This document shows, piece after piece, positions 61,264 to 64,000 of a stretch of DNA of 64,000 nt (its first letter is position 1; each line of letters starts with the position of its first letter). Made by a program: the position numbers and the translations under genes. The notes beneath the pieces are model-generated. The model saw nothing but the letters and a program-made list of their open reading frames with translations. It made no database searches and was not told the origin of the DNA. This DNA comes from Fibrobacterales bacterium (lineage in GTDB: Bacteria > Fibrobacterota > Fibrobacteria > Fibrobacterales > JAOPTW01): assembly GCA_051532035.1 (NCBI GenBank), contig JAOPTW010000036.1, positions 64,001 to 128,000 on the forward strand, given 5' to 3'.

Positions 61264-62241
61264 TTAAATGATTCCCTCACGGAATATGAGGTAGAATGTA
61301 TAAAATAGGTACCCTAAAATAAATAGATAGCCCCATAATTTACTGATTTCAAACCGTTTCTTTGTCAAAAAGAGCGATATCATCAATATACCTGTCACCC
61401 CAATAACAATGTACATATCTTGAAAACTATACTGAGAGAGGTTTAAGGGCAATATTAGTGAACTACCCCCCAACACCCAGAGTAGGTTAAATATATTAGA
61501 TCCAACAATATTACCAATCGCCATAGAGGTCTTGCCCTTTCGAGCAGCCATAACCGTTGTTGCGACTTCAGGGAGAGATGTCCCTATTGCCACAATAGTG
61601 AGCCCTACAAGCGCTTCACTCATTCCAAAATAAGATGAGAGGGTTACCGAGCCTTCAACAATCCAGTGTCCCCCTAGGGCCAATCCTCCCAGCCCCACAA
61701 TGACTCCTACCGATGCACGAACCATAGATTTACCATGGTGTACTTCGAGGTCATCCGTCTCATTGCGGTATTTAAACGTCCAGATAAGAAATGCCACAAA
61801 TGCGGCCACAAGGATCCCACCTGCTACTCGGGTAATCTGATACTTCTCGGGGGCACTCAGTAGCATTATACTCCCCAAAAGGAGTACTACCGCACCAACA
61901 CTCATGGGAATCTCAACAGACGCAATCTTTCGGTCAACAACAACAGGGAATATTATTGCCGCTGCGCCAAGACCCAAAAAGATATTCGCTACATTACTTC
62001 CGAGCACGTTGCCCAGAGCAATATCTGACGATCCTTTTAAACTTGCCATAATATTTACTACTAATTCAGGTGCCGAGGTTCCTAATGCTATAATGGTCAT
62101 ACCAATAACTACTTCGGATATGCCTAGCCGGCCCGCGATATCACTCGCCCCATCAATAAGATAGTCAGCCCCTTTGATAAGTACAAGAAAACCAAAAATG
62201 AGAAGAAATAGATCTATTACAGGGAAATTTTGAAGTAACAT
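61264..62241 (-). CDS. calcium/sodium antiporter (YrbG, CaCA family)
   Basis: Two alpha repeats: GTSAPE..GNVLGSN and GTSLPE..GNIVGSN. Confidence 0.92.
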   Translation of the reverse strand: MLLQNFPVIDLFLLIFGFLVLIKGADYLIDGASDIAGRLGISEVVIGMTIIALGTSAPELVVNIMASLKGSSDIALGNVLGSNVANIFLGLGAAAIIFPVVVDRKIASVEIPMSVGAVVLLLGSIMLLSAPEKYQITRVAGGILVAAFVAFLIWTFKYRNETDDLEVHHGKSMVRASVGVIVGLGGLALGGHWIVEGSVTLSSYFGMSEALVGLTIVAIGTSLPEVATTVMAARKGKTSMAIGNIVGSNIFNLLWVLGGSSLILPLNLSQYSFQDMYIVIGVTGILMISLFLTKKRFEISKLWGYLFILGYLFYTFYLIFREGII

Positions 62242-62281
62242 TTTACATTTCTATTAATAATTTCGAAATAAATGTAAAAAA

Positions 62282-63166
62282 ATGGATTTTAATAGGGCAC
62301 TCGATCTCTATAAAGCATATATCGCACTTGAGAAAAACCTCTCTTCTGCCTCTCTTGAGTCTTATACCTTGGACCTGGAGTCCTTTATCCGTTTCTGTGC
62401 AACTCAAGGCTCGGGAAGTATCACTATCCCCGAACAGCTTCTTGAGGAATACGTCCAACAACTTTCAGAAGGAGAATATGAGGCAACATCCATTGCTCGC
62501 CATGTATCGAGTTTACGCAACTTCTACTCCTTTCTCAATAGCCACGGATATATTGATTACAACCCCGCCTCCCTTCTCGACTCCCCAAAAATTTCTCGGT
62601 ACCTTCCTGTCTGTCTAACCCACGACGAAGTACATTCTCTTTTTGATGCTATTGACAAAAGTAAAAAAGGCGGATTACGTGACCTTGTACTACTCGAGCT
62701 TCTCTATAGTGGAGGCCTTCGTATCTCAGAGGCTATCACATTACCTCTATCTCACATCGATCAAGAAGAAGGACTCCTTCAAGTTATTGGAAAAGGCAAC
62801 AAGACTCGCCTTGTACCACTTGGACAGGGCCCCATGAACATACTATTTGAGTACATTACAGAGTTTCGCCCTGCACTGAATCCCAAAACTGATACGGTAC
62901 TCCTCAATCTGAGGGGGGCCCCTCTTTCGCGCATGGGCGCATGGAAAATCATTCAGAAACATTCAGTTCATTTAGATAAAAACATTTCACCTCACACTCT
63001 GAGACACTCCTATGCTACTCATATGCTCGAAGGCGGAATAGACCTCCGTGTTCTTCAAGAGCTCCTTGGTCATTCTGACATCACAACAACTCAAATTTAT
63101 ACGCACCTCAATAATGACTACATCAAAGAGGTGCATGGGCAATTTCATCCTAGAAACCGCTCATGA
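62282..63166 (+). CDS. xerD: tyrosine recombinase XerD
   Basis: GLRISE, GKGNK.RLVP, SPHTLRHSYATH.LEGG.DLR..QELLGH.DI.TTQIYTH, terminal HPR. Confidence 0.88.
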   Translation: MDFNRALDLYKAYIALEKNLSSASLESYTLDLESFIRFCATQGSGSITIPEQLLEEYVQQLSEGEYEATSIARHVSSLRNFYSFLNSHGYIDYNPASLLDSPKISRYLPVCLTHDEVHSLFDAIDKSKKGGLRDLVLLELLYSGGLRISEAITLPLSHIDQEEGLLQVIGKGNKTRLVPLGQGPMNILFEYITEFRPALNPKTDTVLLNLRGAPLSRMGAWKIIQKHSVHLDKNISPHTLRHSYATHMLEGGIDLRVLQELLGHSDITTTQIYTHLNNDYIKEVHGQFHPRNRS

Positions 63167-63348
63167 TATAGTCATTATTAACCATATAAATACATTCAAC
63201 ACAATTATTTTAACAAGAAAGTCGTTTAAGCGCCCAATAGGCCTATTTTCAATATTAAATTGATATGTATTCTCTGACAATTATCTTGACTTACCATTTC
63301 ATTAACAATACAATAGTGAGATGAAATAGAATTTGCGAGTTTTGTGAT

Positions 63349-64000
63349 ATGTCAGATGAAGATTTAGAGCTTCTCAACGAACTGGTACTCGAGTCAACCG
63401 AGCACATGAATAACATTGAACCTATTTTGCTCAATATGGAGCAGAGTCTTTCTTGTACTCCCGATGAAATTAATGATATTTTTAGGGCGGTACATAGTAT
63501 TAAAGGCGGGTTCGGATTCTTTGGAAAGGTGATTATTACAAAACTTACCCACTCCATGGAAAATGTTTTTGACAAATTAAGAAGTAACAAAATAGAACTC
63601 TCTAAAGAGTTGATAGATGTTACCCTCACCTGCATGGATAAACTACGAGAACTCTTAGATAATATTGAAGGATCCGACGACCTTAATGTCGATGTAGAAG
63701 TAGCGTTGCTCCAACCATTTATTGAGGGAACCACTCCTGTTGCTCCCCCTGCAACCGTAGAAACACCCGCACCTGAGGCAGTACCTGCAGAAACAGTGCA
63801 AGTCGAAGCTGTTCCAACGCCACCTGTACCACCAGTACCGACCCCACCTAAAGCGAAAGTTGCTGAACCTGCTGAAAAAAATGTTGCAGCTCCCGGATCA
63901 GGTGACAAAGACTCACTCCGCGTCAAAGTAAGCTTGCTTAATCACCTTATGAATCATGCGGGAGAATTAGTTCTTAACCGGAATCAACTCCTACAGATAT
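63349..64000 (+). CDS. cheA: chemotaxis histidine kinase CheA, 5' part (runs off the window)
   Basis: MSDEDLELLNELVLESTEH...IFRAVHSIKGG (HPt), Pro/Ala linker, SLRVKVSLLNHLMNHAGELVLNRNQL (dimerisation domain). Confidence 0.92.
   Translation, partial: MSDEDLELLNELVLESTEHMNNIEPILLNMEQSLSCTPDEINDIFRAVHSIKGGFGFFGKVIITKLTHSMENVFDKLRSNKIELSKELIDVTLTCMDKLRELLDNIEGSDDLNVDVEVALLQPFIEGTTPVAPPATVETPAPEAVPAETVQVEAVPTPPVPPVPTPPKAKVAEPAEKNVAAPGSGDKDSLRVKVSLLNHLMNHAGELVLNRNQLLQI

Noticed and set aside
62282..63166. Tyrosine recombinase as a prophage or island integrase
   Set aside because: Size and motifs match housekeeping XerD; no att repeats or phage genes; neighbours are core genes
63291..63926. 211-aa minus-strand ORF
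   Set aside because: Antisense shadow of cheA, which has clear HPt and dimerisation motifs on the + strand
1..64000. CRISPR array, IS/transposase, rRNA, retron or other defence operon
   Set aside because: No regularly spaced direct repeats and no transposase, reverse transcriptase or nuclease motifs seen by eye; subtle ncRNAs cannot be excluded without a covariance-model search

Overview
AT-rich, gene-dense bacterial chromosome segment, mostly housekeeping. No CRISPR array, IS element, prophage or rRNA was seen. Fibrobacterota is the tentative affiliation (inference), based on two TGCNC-N4-GTGCA LexA-type boxes, a PorV-like gene and a homodimeric-type GlyRS. Contents in order: 3' end of a probable multiheme cytochrome c converging on a System II cytochrome c maturation operon; xseA-xseB-tyrS; a DNA-damage neighbourhood (SRAP-umuD-umuC, dinB, DksA-like, topB); an ankyrin protein; pgi; two CheY-like receivers; nudix-nadE; apbE and an aldo/keto reductase; an mfd-PPIase-surA-methyltransferase-ftsE-HAD-pfkB run; a diguanylate cyclase; tRNA-Lys; porV-like and SH3 genes; a B12 radical SAM; a MinD-like ATPase; dCMP deaminase; gmhB; a GH2-like protein; dtd; gcvP; a PP2C-HATPase fusion; rimI; tsaB; ddl; glyQS; xerD; and the 5' end of cheA. 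I cannot claim a clearly new system. The best leads are: (i) two uncharacterised paralogs that bracket dinB-dksA and share a 19-bp palindrome upstream; (ii) LexA-type operators inside readable promoters of both translesion polymerase loci; (iii) two glycoside-hydrolase-fold proteins that appear to have lost catalytic residues; (iv) a 47-aa membrane microprotein absent from the ORF track; (v) recurrent leaderless promoter architecture; (vi) a His-motif lipoprotein heading the cytochrome maturation operon. All family assignments come from motif recognition by eye, not from database searches.
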